A DNA stretch of 64,000 bases from Phycisphaerae bacterium. GTDB taxonomy: Bacteria; Planctomycetota; Phycisphaerae; UBA1845. Position numbers and translations under genes: made by a program. Below, in pieces: positions 31,890-41,063 of the stretch. The stretch covers positions 288,001-352,000 of the forward strand of contig CAXXGO010000006.1 in the NCBI GenBank assembly GCA_963666835.2, written 5' to 3'. Numbering within the stretch: the first letter of the stretch is position 1; every line of letters begins with the position of its first letter. The notes under the pieces were generated by a model. It was not told the DNA's origin. It ran no database searches and was given only the letters and a program-made list of their open reading frames with translations.

Positions 31890-33893
31890 GCGCGGGTGCC
31901 CCATCCATTCCGGCGGGTACCGGCCCGGAACAGCCGGGGCCAAGTCCCCGCCGGAATGGGTGGGGGGAAAGCGCCGGTAAGCCGGTGAGGAGTAGTGGAT
32001 GAGAGAGCCATACGGTGAAGGAATAGCGAACCACACCGACCCCGAGTCATACTGTGGTGTCCGCAAGGGCATGGCGGGAGCGTTGACAGGGGCACGTGCG
32101 GGCCGGCCATTGAGCCGTGAAAGCCTTTTACTCCGGAGTGCCGACGCCGTCCCCCAAGGCGGAAGGCAACACCGGAGGGCGTCGTTAACGCGAGACGCCT
32201 TTCGGACTCCGCGCGGTCTTAGAACCCGAGCACGCACGGAAACTCCTCACGCGGAACCCGGGAGATCCCGCGTTCGGCCTCGAACATGGCATCGAGGTCC
32301 GCAGTGTGAATCCATAGGAGCACGACACTGATGCACGGGCGCGGGAAGTCGGACAGGCCCATAGTACCGAAGAAGACTGCGAACAACGGTGATCCCCCGG
32401 CGGGGAGGTCGTCCGCGGAGCAGTTGGAGGAAAGGGGCCTGGCCAAGGGCAACTCGATTCGACACAACAGGCACCGTACGCAGAGCCGGGATCGTCTGCA
32501 AAGCGGGTTGGATCGGGTACGACAGGCAGCGGTAAAGGATAAGGATTTACAGTTCACCACGCTTTGGCACCATGTCTATGATGTCGCTCGCCTCCGGGAG
32601 GCGTACTTGAGCCTCAAGCATGCTTCGGCACCGGGGATGGACGGCATGACATGGGAGGCGTACGGCAGGGACCTAGAAGAACACCTCTTGGATCTGTCGG
32701 CACGTCTACAGCGCGGAGCGTACCGAGCGAGGCCGGTCAAGCGGGTCTACATTCCGAAACCCGATGGACGGCAGAGACCAATAGGGATTCCCGTGTTGGA
32801 AGACAAGATCGTCCAACGGGCGATGACCGATGTGCTCTCGGCTGTCTACGAGGCAGACTTCCTCGGGTTCTCCTACGGATTTCGACCAGGACGGGACGCC
32901 CATCAGGCGTTAAGTGCCCTGACTGTCGGCATCGAGAGGAAGAAGGTGAATTGGGTGCTGGATGCAGACATTCGTGGATTCTTCGATGCCATAGACCACG
33001 ATTGGCTGATCAAGTTCGTCGAGCACCGGATCGCAGACCAGCGTGTCGTGCGTCACGTGAAGAAGTGGCTGAACGCCGGCGTGCTGGAGGACGGGTGTCG
33101 AAGGGACACGGAGACGGGGACGCCGCAGGGGGGCAGTATCAGCCCGCTATTGGCGAACATCTATCTCCATTACGCCTTCGACTTGTGGGCCCGCCAATGG
33201 CGACGGACGCAAGCTCACGGAGATGTGATTATCGTGAGATATGCGGACGACTTCGTGGTGGGATTTCAACAGCGAGAGGATGCCGAGCGGTTTCGGGATG
33301 AGCTGACGGATCGCCTCCGGAAGTTCAAGCTGGAGCTACATGCGGACAAGACTCGTCTGATTGAGTTCGGCCGTTTTGCGTCGACCAATCGCAAGCGAGA
33401 AGGCCGCGGCAAACCGGCGACCTTCGAGTTTCTGGGTTTTCGCCACATCTGTGGCAAGACCCGGCGTGGGAGGTTCACGGTACTACGGCAGACTGTCGCG
33501 AAACGACGGCGTGCGAAGCTCAAAGCGATTAAGCAAGAGCTTCGGCGACGTATGCATGCCCCCGTCCGAGAGGTGGGCGCGTATTTGCGGGCGGTGGTTC
33601 GCGGGTACTATCAGTATTATGCGGTACCGCGGAACTACCCGGCCTTAACGGCATTTCGGGATGAGGTTGTCCGTCTTTGGCGCTGGACGCTCCGGCGTCG
33701 CAGCGAGAAGACTCGGATTACCTGGGCCCGCATGAACCGTTTGGCCAAGCAGTGGATACCTGCTCCCAAAATCCTACATCCTTACCCCGACCGACACCTG
33801 GCCGTTATGACCCAAGGCAGGAGCCCAGTGCGGTAGTCCCGCACGCTGGGATCTGTGGAGGGGGTCCCGGGTAACCGGGATTCCTACTCCGAC
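31890..33893 (+). mobile_element. Group II intron (bacterial class E-like), apparently complete
   Basis: RT/maturase ORF; domain V GAGCCCAGTGCG..CGCACGCTGGGATC (33821-33853); domain VI with bulged A, ending CCGAC at 33893; domain I motifs such as GTTGACAGGGG..GCCATTGAGCCG; 5' end GCGCG inferred from the rejoined flanks. Confidence 0.9.
32331..33836 (+). CDS. ltrA: Group II intron reverse transcriptase/maturase, no HNH endonuclease domain
   Basis: APGMDG, IPKPDGRQRPIGIP, SYGFRPGR, GTPQGGSISPLLANIYL, RYADD, X domain. Confidence 0.97.
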   Translation: MHGRGKSDRPIVPKKTANNGDPPAGRSSAEQLEERGLAKGNSIRHNRHRTQSRDRLQSGLDRVRQAAVKDKDLQFTTLWHHVYDVARLREAYLSLKHASAPGMDGMTWEAYGRDLEEHLLDLSARLQRGAYRARPVKRVYIPKPDGRQRPIGIPVLEDKIVQRAMTDVLSAVYEADFLGFSYGFRPGRDAHQALSALTVGIERKKVNWVLDADIRGFFDAIDHDWLIKFVEHRIADQRVVRHVKKWLNAGVLEDGCRRDTETGTPQGGSISPLLANIYLHYAFDLWARQWRRTQAHGDVIIVRYADDFVVGFQQREDAERFRDELTDRLRKFKLELHADKTRLIEFGRFASTNRKREGRGKPATFEFLGFRHICGKTRRGRFTVLRQTVAKRRRAKLKAIKQELRRRMHAPVREVGAYLRAVVRGYYQYYAVPRNYPALTAFRDEVVRLWRWTLRRRSEKTRITWARMNRLAKQWIPAPKILHPYPDRHLAVMTQGRSPVR

Positions 33894-34061
33894 ACGGATC
33901 GAAAACCGAGAAGGCCTCGCCTTCCGCCGTCCGTCCCCCACCCTTCGCCTGGTGCATGGTGCGTACGCCGCAACTATACCTGTATCCGAGGCTCTTTCTC
34001 CACTGTGATACAGCTCACGGCGTATGGGGCACCCTGCACGCCGCTCGGATGAACGACCGGG

Positions 34062-34550
34062 TTATGGTGAATCCACCTCGGCAGCGGATGGCGGATTGAA
34101 AACGAGATAGGTGGCCAATCGCTGCACCGTTTTGGGCCCGATTCCGGAAACCGCGGTCAGGTCGGCAGGTATCGCAAAGACAGCCGCGGAGCAATCGTCG
34201 GCCACGCGGTCTTTGGTGGTTTCGCGATAGTCCACGATCCGCCGAGCAGTGGTCTCCCCGACTCTCGGTAGCGCGGTCAGCTCCCACCAGGGCGCGGTGT
34301 TCGGATCGACTCCGGCGACGGCACCGGCGGGCGGACTCTCCAAAGAGGCCGGCGTCGGAGCCGACAATACCACGATGCACAGCCCGATGGTCAGACCGAC
34401 CAGGAGAGTCGCGTACGGATCGTGCCGTACGTGAACGACTCCCCGTGCATCGGTCTGGGCGGCGCAAGATGGACCGGCGACGTCATCGCAATCCACGGGG
34501 TCGGAGCCTGATGGTCTGATCGGCGAGGTACTGTGACACATAGTAGTCAC
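34062..34550 (-). CDS. ComEA-like helix-hairpin-helix DNA-binding membrane protein
   Basis: TM segment, VDPNTA..LTALPRVGETTA..I, DLTAVSGIGPKT. Confidence 0.85.
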   Translation of the reverse strand: MTTMCHSTSPIRPSGSDPVDCDDVAGPSCAAQTDARGVVHVRHDPYATLLVGLTIGLCIVVLSAPTPASLESPPAGAVAGVDPNTAPWWELTALPRVGETTARRIVDYRETTKDRVADDCSAAVFAIPADLTAVSGIGPKTVQRLATYLVFNPPSAAEVDSP

Positions 34551-34600
34551 CTCAAGTGCATCTGCTGCCCCAGCCCCGGCTTGGTCGTTGGTACGTCGGA

Positions 34601-36127
34601 CTATGACGCGGGGCCGCGCTCCGCCCGGCGCATGCTCGCCAGCAACTCGGACCGCAACTTGGTAATCTGGTGGTAGGCCTCTTTGGGGACCAGATCGGAA
34701 CGGAGCAGACCGCCGTGCGGCACGATCTGGTCTTCATGATCCGCCAGGTTTCGCCACGTGACGGATTCCACAAACGGTTTGCTCAAAGCCACCACCAGAA
34801 ACTCGCGCAGCCAATCCGACTGAATCTCCTCGCTCCACGGCTCGTGCCAGCAGCCGCCGTCCACGGCGATCTCCGGCCCGTCCCCCCCGGCCGACCTGAC
34901 CGGAACCACGTCGGACGGAACCTGAAGCGCCGAGATGTGGAGCGGTTTGCCCAACTTGGCGAAGGAGTCGAGGAGCGCGGATATCTGGAACATGTCCCGC
35001 ACGAACATGCCATCCGCAGCCGGGCCGAAGTGAAACTGCAGCCCGAAGGCGTCGAAATTGACCCCGCTCTGTACGACCATATCCGCATAGAGCAGCGGCG
35101 GGATGGTCCGCTGATTCCGGGCGTAGTACTCACCCCAGGGGGCGACCAGGTCGATGATTGCCAGACTGTTGGGCGCGGTTTGCTTGGCCACCGCCGCAGC
35201 CATCCGGGTCAGCTCCATGAGCTGCTCGAAACTGAACGCGAAGCAACTGTCCCCATGGATCCCGCTGACCACGCTCCACGCCTGAATGTGCTGCCCGTAA
35301 CGGTTCATCACCCGGCGCATGTGTTCGAAAGCGAGGTCGCGAATGGTGTTGAAATCCTGCTCCCAGACGTAGAGCCACTCGGGGATGTTCTCGCGGTTGA
35401 ACGACAGCAGCGGAGCGCCCTTCAATACCACGCGGTGCTTCGACAGCATCTCGACCCAGGCGTCGAGCGGCTTCCAGTTGAACGTCTGCTCGTTCGGCTC
35501 GATATCTCGCCAGGTCACCGGCAGGGTGATGAAGTCAAATGCCGAGGCCAGCCGTTTGCGGGTCGTCTCCGTCGGCTTGTCCAAATTTACCAGACACCCG
35601 AACACACGACGGGGGAACCCGTTGGCTTGGCGGCGACGCGTGAAGAAGATGTCCGCGTGGAACTCGCTGAGCTCCTCGCTGGCCCGCAAGCCCTCCGCAA
35701 GGGCCTTTTCCGCAATAGCGCTGGCTTCGGCCGGGGAGTCCGCCTGCAGAGCTTTGGTCAGATATCGACGAGCTTTGGCCACCCGGGCGAGTTGAGATTC
35801 CGTCCCCGAGTAATCGAAAAGACCCCACTCCTCAATCTTGTGATTGAGCCGGGTCAGCCGCCCGCGAGCCAGCTCCACCATCAGCACATAGGGCTTCGCC
35901 CGTTCCTGTAAACGGGCCGTCTCCGTCAGGACCGCCCCGAACCCCGGAACATCCCACAATATCGCCAGACCGGCGGGACCGCCCGCCCGCTTCTTGCACG
36001 TGATTATGCCGTTCTTGAACGCGATCTCCGCGCGAAGCGGCACGTCGTCGCTGCCGACCACGTACGCACCCGAGAGGTTGACCTTTTCGGCGGGACGGCC
36101 GTTCGAGTACACGGCAAAAGACAGCAT
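34601..36127 (-). CDS. GH10 (endo-xylanase)-fold protein lacking catalytic glutamates
   Basis: W..IEP..FNW..D, LKGAPL, FDAFGLQFH; WSVVSG replaces WDVVNE and HISAL replaces ITEL. Confidence 0.8.
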   Translation of the reverse strand: MLSFAVYSNGRPAEKVNLSGAYVVGSDDVPLRAEIAFKNGIITCKKRAGGPAGLAILWDVPGFGAVLTETARLQERAKPYVLMVELARGRLTRLNHKIEEWGLFDYSGTESQLARVAKARRYLTKALQADSPAEASAIAEKALAEGLRASEELSEFHADIFFTRRRQANGFPRRVFGCLVNLDKPTETTRKRLASAFDFITLPVTWRDIEPNEQTFNWKPLDAWVEMLSKHRVVLKGAPLLSFNRENIPEWLYVWEQDFNTIRDLAFEHMRRVMNRYGQHIQAWSVVSGIHGDSCFAFSFEQLMELTRMAAAVAKQTAPNSLAIIDLVAPWGEYYARNQRTIPPLLYADMVVQSGVNFDAFGLQFHFGPAADGMFVRDMFQISALLDSFAKLGKPLHISALQVPSDVVPVRSAGGDGPEIAVDGGCWHEPWSEEIQSDWLREFLVVALSKPFVESVTWRNLADHEDQIVPHGGLLRSDLVPKEAYHQITKLRSELLASMRRAERGPAS

Positions 36128-36491
36128 ATGATGCCTGTTAAAGTAGGTTAAGTACCAGTCGAATCAACGGCGGACCCAACGCCGTAGTATCGGACTCCCA
36201 AGTGGTGTCCGGCTCCCGCAGGGTCGATCGGCAATTATGGCGGAAGGGATGGGTTGAGTCGAGTCGCGGAGTCGGGATTTTGGTCGGATGGGGAAGTCGG
36301 TATGATCCCCTCCAATACGGCTCGCGATCCGGCTATAAAGGGCCCGATCATTCGGCTGGTTCGGCGATCGGTGCCCGACAGGTCGGAATCGCGGACCCGG
36401 TGATACAGATTCGCAATGGCAGACCTCTGCTCGGCATGGGTACGGGCCGGGTTAGAGGAGATTCCCGAATTATTTCGTTTGGAGCAATGTA

Positions 36492-37391
36492 ATGGCTACC
36501 GACGCCCCGGCCGTCGTCACCGAAACGAAGTTGCCCGACCACCCCGTCCGACGCGGCAAGGTGCGGGATATCTACGATCTCGGCAGCGAGATTCTGTTGG
36601 TCGCCACGGACCGGATCAGCGCCTACGACGTGGTCCTGCCGACTCCGATCCCCCGGAAAGGGGCGATGTTGACTCGGATCTCCGAGTTCTGGTTCCGGCA
36701 CTTCGAGGCGGATCTGCCGCACCACCTTATCGAGGTGCTCGAGGATCAGGCTCCCGCCGGGTTGGACGACTACCTCCCGCAACTGCGCGGGCGGACCATG
36801 CGCTGCCGCAAGACCAAGGTCGTGCCGATCGAATGCGTGGTCCGGGGTTACCTGGCCGGGTCCGGTTGGAAGGACTATCAGCGGACCGGAGCCGTGTGCG
36901 GGATCGCATTACCGGCCGGGATGCGGCAATGCGACAAGCTGCCGGAACCGATCTTCACGCCGTCGACGAAAGCGGACGTGGGGCACGACGAGAATATTTC
37001 GTTCGAGCAGGCCTGCGCCCTGGTGGGCGAGTCGACTATGACCCTGCTGCGCGATCGTAGCCTGGACCTCTACACCCGCGGAGCGGAGTACGCCCAACGG
37101 CGCGGAATCATATTGGCTGACACCAAGTTCGAATGGGGCGAGCGGGACGGCCAGTACCTGTTGATCGACGAAGTGCTAACTCCGGACTCGTCTCGCTTCT
37201 GGCCGGCCGATGTATACGAACCGGGCCGCGATCAGGACAGCTTCGACAAGCAGTATGTGAGGAACTACCTGACCACGCTTGTCGAAGCGGGCAAGTGGGA
37301 CAAAACGCCGCCCGGTCCGGACCTCCCGGACGAGATCGTGGCCAACACCACCGCCAAGTACGCCGAAGCCGTCAAGCGCCTGACCGAATAA
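36492..37391 (+). CDS. purC: SAICAR synthetase
   Basis: RGKVRDIY, TDRISAYD, ECVVRGYLAGSGW, DTKFE, DEVLTPDSSRFW. Confidence 0.98.
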   Translation: MATDAPAVVTETKLPDHPVRRGKVRDIYDLGSEILLVATDRISAYDVVLPTPIPRKGAMLTRISEFWFRHFEADLPHHLIEVLEDQAPAGLDDYLPQLRGRTMRCRKTKVVPIECVVRGYLAGSGWKDYQRTGAVCGIALPAGMRQCDKLPEPIFTPSTKADVGHDENISFEQACALVGESTMTLLRDRSLDLYTRGAEYAQRRGIILADTKFEWGERDGQYLLIDEVLTPDSSRFWPADVYEPGRDQDSFDKQYVRNYLTTLVEAGKWDKTPPGPDLPDEIVANTTAKYAEAVKRLTE

Positions 37392-37405
37392 TGCCATGGG
37401 TGCCT

Positions 37406-37437
37406 GGGTGCCATGGTCCACGCTTGCGTGGCCATGG
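37406..37437 (+). repeat. REP-like hairpin family B (copy 1)
   Basis: GGGTGCCATGGTCCACGCTTGCGTGGCCATG; also at 39581-39611 and 63441-63471. Confidence 0.85.
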
Positions 37438-37576
37438 AGAGGGGTAGGTAGAGCACGGGTGCCATCGACCAATGTGGTCGCGATGGCCGTTCCGTCAGTG
37501 CGAGCTCGACCTGCCCATCGACGCCGGCAGTGTTCGCGAAGTGGCGTGAGAACAAGGCGAATGCTAGAATCGTACA

Positions 37577-38386
37577 GTGAAAGAGGAGACGTCGATTCCG
37601 ATGAACGCGCGCCCCACATTTACGATCAACCCGGCGGATAACTTTCCACACCTGAACCGGGCGCCGATTGTCGAAGCGGTGATTCACTGGCGCGCCCGTA
37701 GCGAGAAGGAGGTGGATCGCGAGAGCTTGCTTGAGGAGTTGAGAGCCAAGCTGCCCGATTATCCGCATGTGCAGTCCCAGGAGGAGGTGCAGCTCGAGGC
37801 GCAGATCGGCCCGGAGGGAGCCGCCCAGGCGCAACGCGCACGTTGGCATGGCTTCCGCATCGAATCAACGGACCGTCGCTACATTGCGCAATTTACGCGC
37901 AACGGGTTCGTCTTCAGTCGGGTGCGTCCATACGAGAACTGGGACCGCTTCGCCGCTGAAGCTAAGCGGTTGTGGCAGATCCATCTCGAGCTGGCCGAGC
38001 CGTTGGAAATCGAGCGGCTGGGCGTGCGGTTCATCAATCGGATTGTGCCGGTCGATCTTGGCAAGCTGGACGAAATCCTGACGCTGCCACCGCAATCACC
38101 GGGCGGGCTGGTGCTGCCGATCGAGGACTTTGTGCATCGCAGCCAGTTCGACGTGCCAGGGCACCCGTACCGCGTTCATGTAATCCAGATGAGTCAGTCG
38201 CCCGCCCCACCGGAGAACGCCCCGGGGCTGATTGTCGACATTGACGTACTCACAACGACCACGACGGAACTGGACAATACCGCCATCGATGAACGATTGG
38301 GCGGAATGCGCTGGCTGAAGAACAAAGCGTTCTATTCGTTGCTCACGAGCCAAGCGATCGAGCGGCTGAAAGAGGCCAAGTCATGA
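37577..38386 (+). CDS. TIGR04255-like family protein
   Basis: L.RAPIVEAVI, PYENWDRF, ERLGVRFINRI, LIVDIDV, KNKAF..LLT; alternative start ATG 37601 with GAGGAG. Confidence 0.8.
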   Translation: MKEETSIPMNARPTFTINPADNFPHLNRAPIVEAVIHWRARSEKEVDRESLLEELRAKLPDYPHVQSQEEVQLEAQIGPEGAAQAQRARWHGFRIESTDRRYIAQFTRNGFVFSRVRPYENWDRFAAEAKRLWQIHLELAEPLEIERLGVRFINRIVPVDLGKLDEILTLPPQSPGGLVLPIEDFVHRSQFDVPGHPYRVHVIQMSQSPAPPENAPGLIVDIDVLTTTTTELDNTAIDERLGGMRWLKNKAFYSLLTSQAIERLKEAKS

Positions 38387-38841
38387 GTCATGCGGTAATC
38401 ATGCGAGGAGTCAGTGACGAAGCGAAGGATATCGCATCTGCGGATTACTCCAGTCGTTGTTTCATGGACGAGTCCTCGGCGGTGGGCTTCGGCCAGATCT
38501 TGCGCGGGGAGCTCGCGGACGTCTGGGGCGAATGCCGGCGAGCCGATTGGGACGGCTACGATGCCTTGCCGGTCTCATGGAGGGCGCTGCGGAACATGTA
38601 TGTGTTTCTGCAGGCGCTGCCGCTCGGCTTCCCGCGTCCGACGATCGGGGCGGATCCCAACGGGCACTTGTCGGTCGAATGGTATCGAAACCCCCGGCGC
38701 GTCTTGTCCGTCGCCGTCAGCGACGACGATCTTCTGCACTACGCCGCCCTGCTCGGGCCCAACAAGACCTGTGGCACGGAGACGTTCTATGGCGAGGTTC
38801 CGGAGAGCATTCTCAGCTTGGTACGACGGGTCTATTCATGA
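38383..38841 (+). CDS. Hypothetical protein (WDGYDA motif), middle gene of a coupled three-gene cassette
   Basis: DWDGYDALPV..PTIGADPNGHLSVEW; ATGA overlaps with both neighbours. Confidence 0.8.
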   Translation: MSHAVIMRGVSDEAKDIASADYSSRCFMDESSAVGFGQILRGELADVWGECRRADWDGYDALPVSWRALRNMYVFLQALPLGFPRPTIGADPNGHLSVEWYRNPRRVLSVAVSDDDLLHYAALLGPNKTCGTETFYGEVPESILSLVRRVYS

Positions 38842-39266
38842 TCGACGCGGAGCACGTGCCCGAGGTGGAACCGAATGAACTGCTGGCGCGGTTCATTCTA
38901 TCCCGCAGGCACATCCGCGGAAGCGCTAACGGGATCAAACCCGAGGCGTTCATGCCGCATCCGCATGCTGATCTTTCCGTCACGCGCCATCGTGACGCGA
39001 CCGAGGATGAAATCTGGGCCACAGGTAGTGCAATCGCGAGTTTTCGAGAGCGAACGTTGCAGGGACGCGGTGACGTCATTGCCAACGCTTTCATCAAACA
39101 GGATCTTTCAGTTCTGGCGGACCCTCTTCTTGGTCGGGCCGACCTGCCGGATAACCCGAACCACGCCAACGTGACCCGCTGGCCGAAGGATGACAAGGAC
39201 CGACAGCGGCTGCTCGCCCTTGAGATAGCCAAGCAAGCCAGGTTGGTTCGACCGCCTGACCAGTAG
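38838..39266 (+). CDS. Small protein with an ADP-ribosyltransferase/RES-like residue pattern
   Basis: LLARFI (Arg strand), AF.P, LSVTR (Ser strand), NPNHANV. ATG 38838 overlaps the upstream TGA; this is the C-terminal part of track ORF 38457..39266. Confidence 0.65.
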   Translation: MIDAEHVPEVEPNELLARFILSRRHIRGSANGIKPEAFMPHPHADLSVTRHRDATEDEIWATGSAIASFRERTLQGRGDVIANAFIKQDLSVLADPLLGRADLPDNPNHANVTRWPKDDKDRQRLLALEIAKQARLVRPPDQ

Positions 39267-39325
39267 TGTTGTACGGCAGGTGGTTCGCCTGCCTTGACCG
39301 TTGGCGCCTGGATCAACGGGCCGCA

Positions 39326-39568
39326 TTACAGACCGCCGTTCCCGGTCCTTTCGATAGCGAGGCCACATTCGGGGCAGACCCCCGATACGTTGCCGCGAAG
39401 GTCATACTTGCACTGCGGGCAAAGCCCACACTCTGCGAGACGACATCTGCGAGTGTCGCGAATTCTACGCGCGACATAGAGAGCTAATCTGACTGTTGGG
39501 TAAGACGCGAATGCAATAAACAACCCGAGAAAGCGACCAAGAGTGTCCGTTACGCTGCCTCCAAACAT
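39326..39568 (-). CDS. Short or 5'-truncated membrane protein with a CxxC-YDLRGN-CPECG tail
   Basis: GLCPQCKYDLRGNVSGVCPECG; REP-B lies immediately upstream. Confidence 0.55.
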   Translation of the reverse strand: MFGGSVTDTLGRFLGLFIAFASYPTVRLALYVARRIRDTRRCRLAECGLCPQCKYDLRGNVSGVCPECGLAIERTGNGGL

Positions 39569-39580
39569 GGCTCTCGTGCC

Positions 39581-39611
39581 GGGTGCCATGGCCTACGCTT
39601 GCGTGGCCATG
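39581..39611 (+). repeat. REP-like hairpin family B (copy 2)
   Basis: GGGTGCCATGGCCTACGCTTGCGTGGCCATG. Confidence 0.85.
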
Positions 39612-39837
39612 CAGGGGGGCTGATGTCGCTGCGGTGGTGTCGAACGCGCGCGGGTCGACCGTGCCCTACACTTGGCACTGCTGACCACGGGCAAGCTGGG
39701 AGCGTGCATGCCTGACGCGCGTAATCGTCGGGCGTGCCGCGGAGCGCTTTTCACATGAGCTACGCTCGCCGTAGCGATGGCAGGGGGTTACTTATAGATG
39801 CTACCCGTTGCGGCAGGTCTCGTGCCTTGGCCGGCCC

Positions 39838-40935
39838 CTACTCTTGCTCTTGCGGTGGGGCGCCGACGTGTTCGAGGATCGCGATTATGGTGACAACGCA
39901 TAGGCACTGCGAAAGCAGTAAGACCGCTCCGAACCACTCCAGCGTCGGAAGGATGATGGCCGGTAGGCCGGTTGCGGCCGTCGCCAGGTAGATAGTCAGC
40001 ACGGCCGCGCGCGGGCTCATTCCCCGCCGAACCAGGCGGTGCGAGAAATGCCGCCGGTCGCCCCGGAAGGGGCTGATCCCCAGGCGAAAACGGTGAATGA
40101 CGACGCTGACCACGTCGTAAAGCGGCACGGCGAGGACCACCAGCGGAACCAAGACTCCAAACGGCGTCAGATCCTGCCGGGGATCGTAAAACGTGACCAG
40201 CACGGTCAATACACTCAGCAGATATCCAATTACCAGGCTCCCCGCGTCGCCCATGAAGATGCTCGCCGGCGAGAAGTTGAATACCAAGAAGCCGAGAATG
40301 CCGCCCGCCAACACCCAGGCCATGACCGGTACGAACACCTGGCCGGTGCGCATTGCCGCCACGGCAAAGATGATCGCCGCCAGGGCGGCCACGCCCCCGC
40401 TGAGCCCGTCCATATTGTCGAGGAAGTTGAAGGCGTTGGTTATCAGTACGATCCAGAACATGGTGATTATCACGGACATCGGGGCGGGCAGGGCCTCCAC
40501 CGCCCGGATGCCGACGGGACCCGCGATGAAAAGCGCCACGGCAATCTGGATGACCAGTTTGACCCACGGACCCAGCGCCCGCCGGTCATCGATAAGACCC
40601 ACGACGTGGAGCACAATCGCTCCGGCCATGATGGCCAGGACCGTCGGCAGTTTCGAGGCGATGCCGCCAAGATGGTTCCGTACGAACTCCGGTAGCCACT
40701 CCGGAGCGGGATCCCGGGCGACCGCCGCAAGGAGGGCCGTACCCACCAGAATCGGCCCGCAGACGGATAGGAAGATCGCGATACCCCCACCCAGCGCCAC
40801 CGGCGATTCGTGCCCCTTGTGGCCGCTAGGCCGGTCGACGAACCCCGTCCGCCGAGCCCACGCCCGCACCGCGCCCGTCACCACGAGCGATAAGACAAAG
40901 GGCCCGACAATCGCAATCAAGACAACGCCGCTCAT
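39838..40935 (-). CDS. WecA/TagO-like undecaprenyl-phosphate GlcNAc-1-P transferase (glycosyl transferase family 4)
   Basis: GLIDD, NAFNFLDNMDGL, IFMGDAGS, DRRHFSHRL; multiple TM helices. Confidence 0.93.
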   Translation of the reverse strand: MSGVVLIAIVGPFVLSLVVTGAVRAWARRTGFVDRPSGHKGHESPVALGGGIAIFLSVCGPILVGTALLAAVARDPAPEWLPEFVRNHLGGIASKLPTVLAIMAGAIVLHVVGLIDDRRALGPWVKLVIQIAVALFIAGPVGIRAVEALPAPMSVIITMFWIVLITNAFNFLDNMDGLSGGVAALAAIIFAVAAMRTGQVFVPVMAWVLAGGILGFLVFNFSPASIFMGDAGSLVIGYLLSVLTVLVTFYDPRQDLTPFGVLVPLVVLAVPLYDVVSVVIHRFRLGISPFRGDRRHFSHRLVRRGMSPRAAVLTIYLATAATGLPAIILPTLEWFGAVLLLSQCLCVVTIIAILEHVGAPPQEQE

Positions 40936-41063
40936 GGCTGTGCAGTGTAGTCCCGGAGCGGTCCAGGTTCAATCCACACCGTGTCCCGTCCCCGCACTGC
41001 TCAAGAGCAGTGGCACACGTGAGAACATAGGTGTGCCGTAGCACTTACAGTGCCGCAGGTCCG

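Noticed and set aside
32331..33836. Possible retron or defence-associated RT
   Set aside because: Motifs and flanking RNA structure are those of a group II intron
31861..34105. RT next to a diverged repeat of a gene 3' end, suggesting a diversity-generating retroelement
   Set aside because: Mismatches are not adenine-specific on either strand, the repeat is only ~42 bp, and the RT has a maturase domain plus intron domains V and VI
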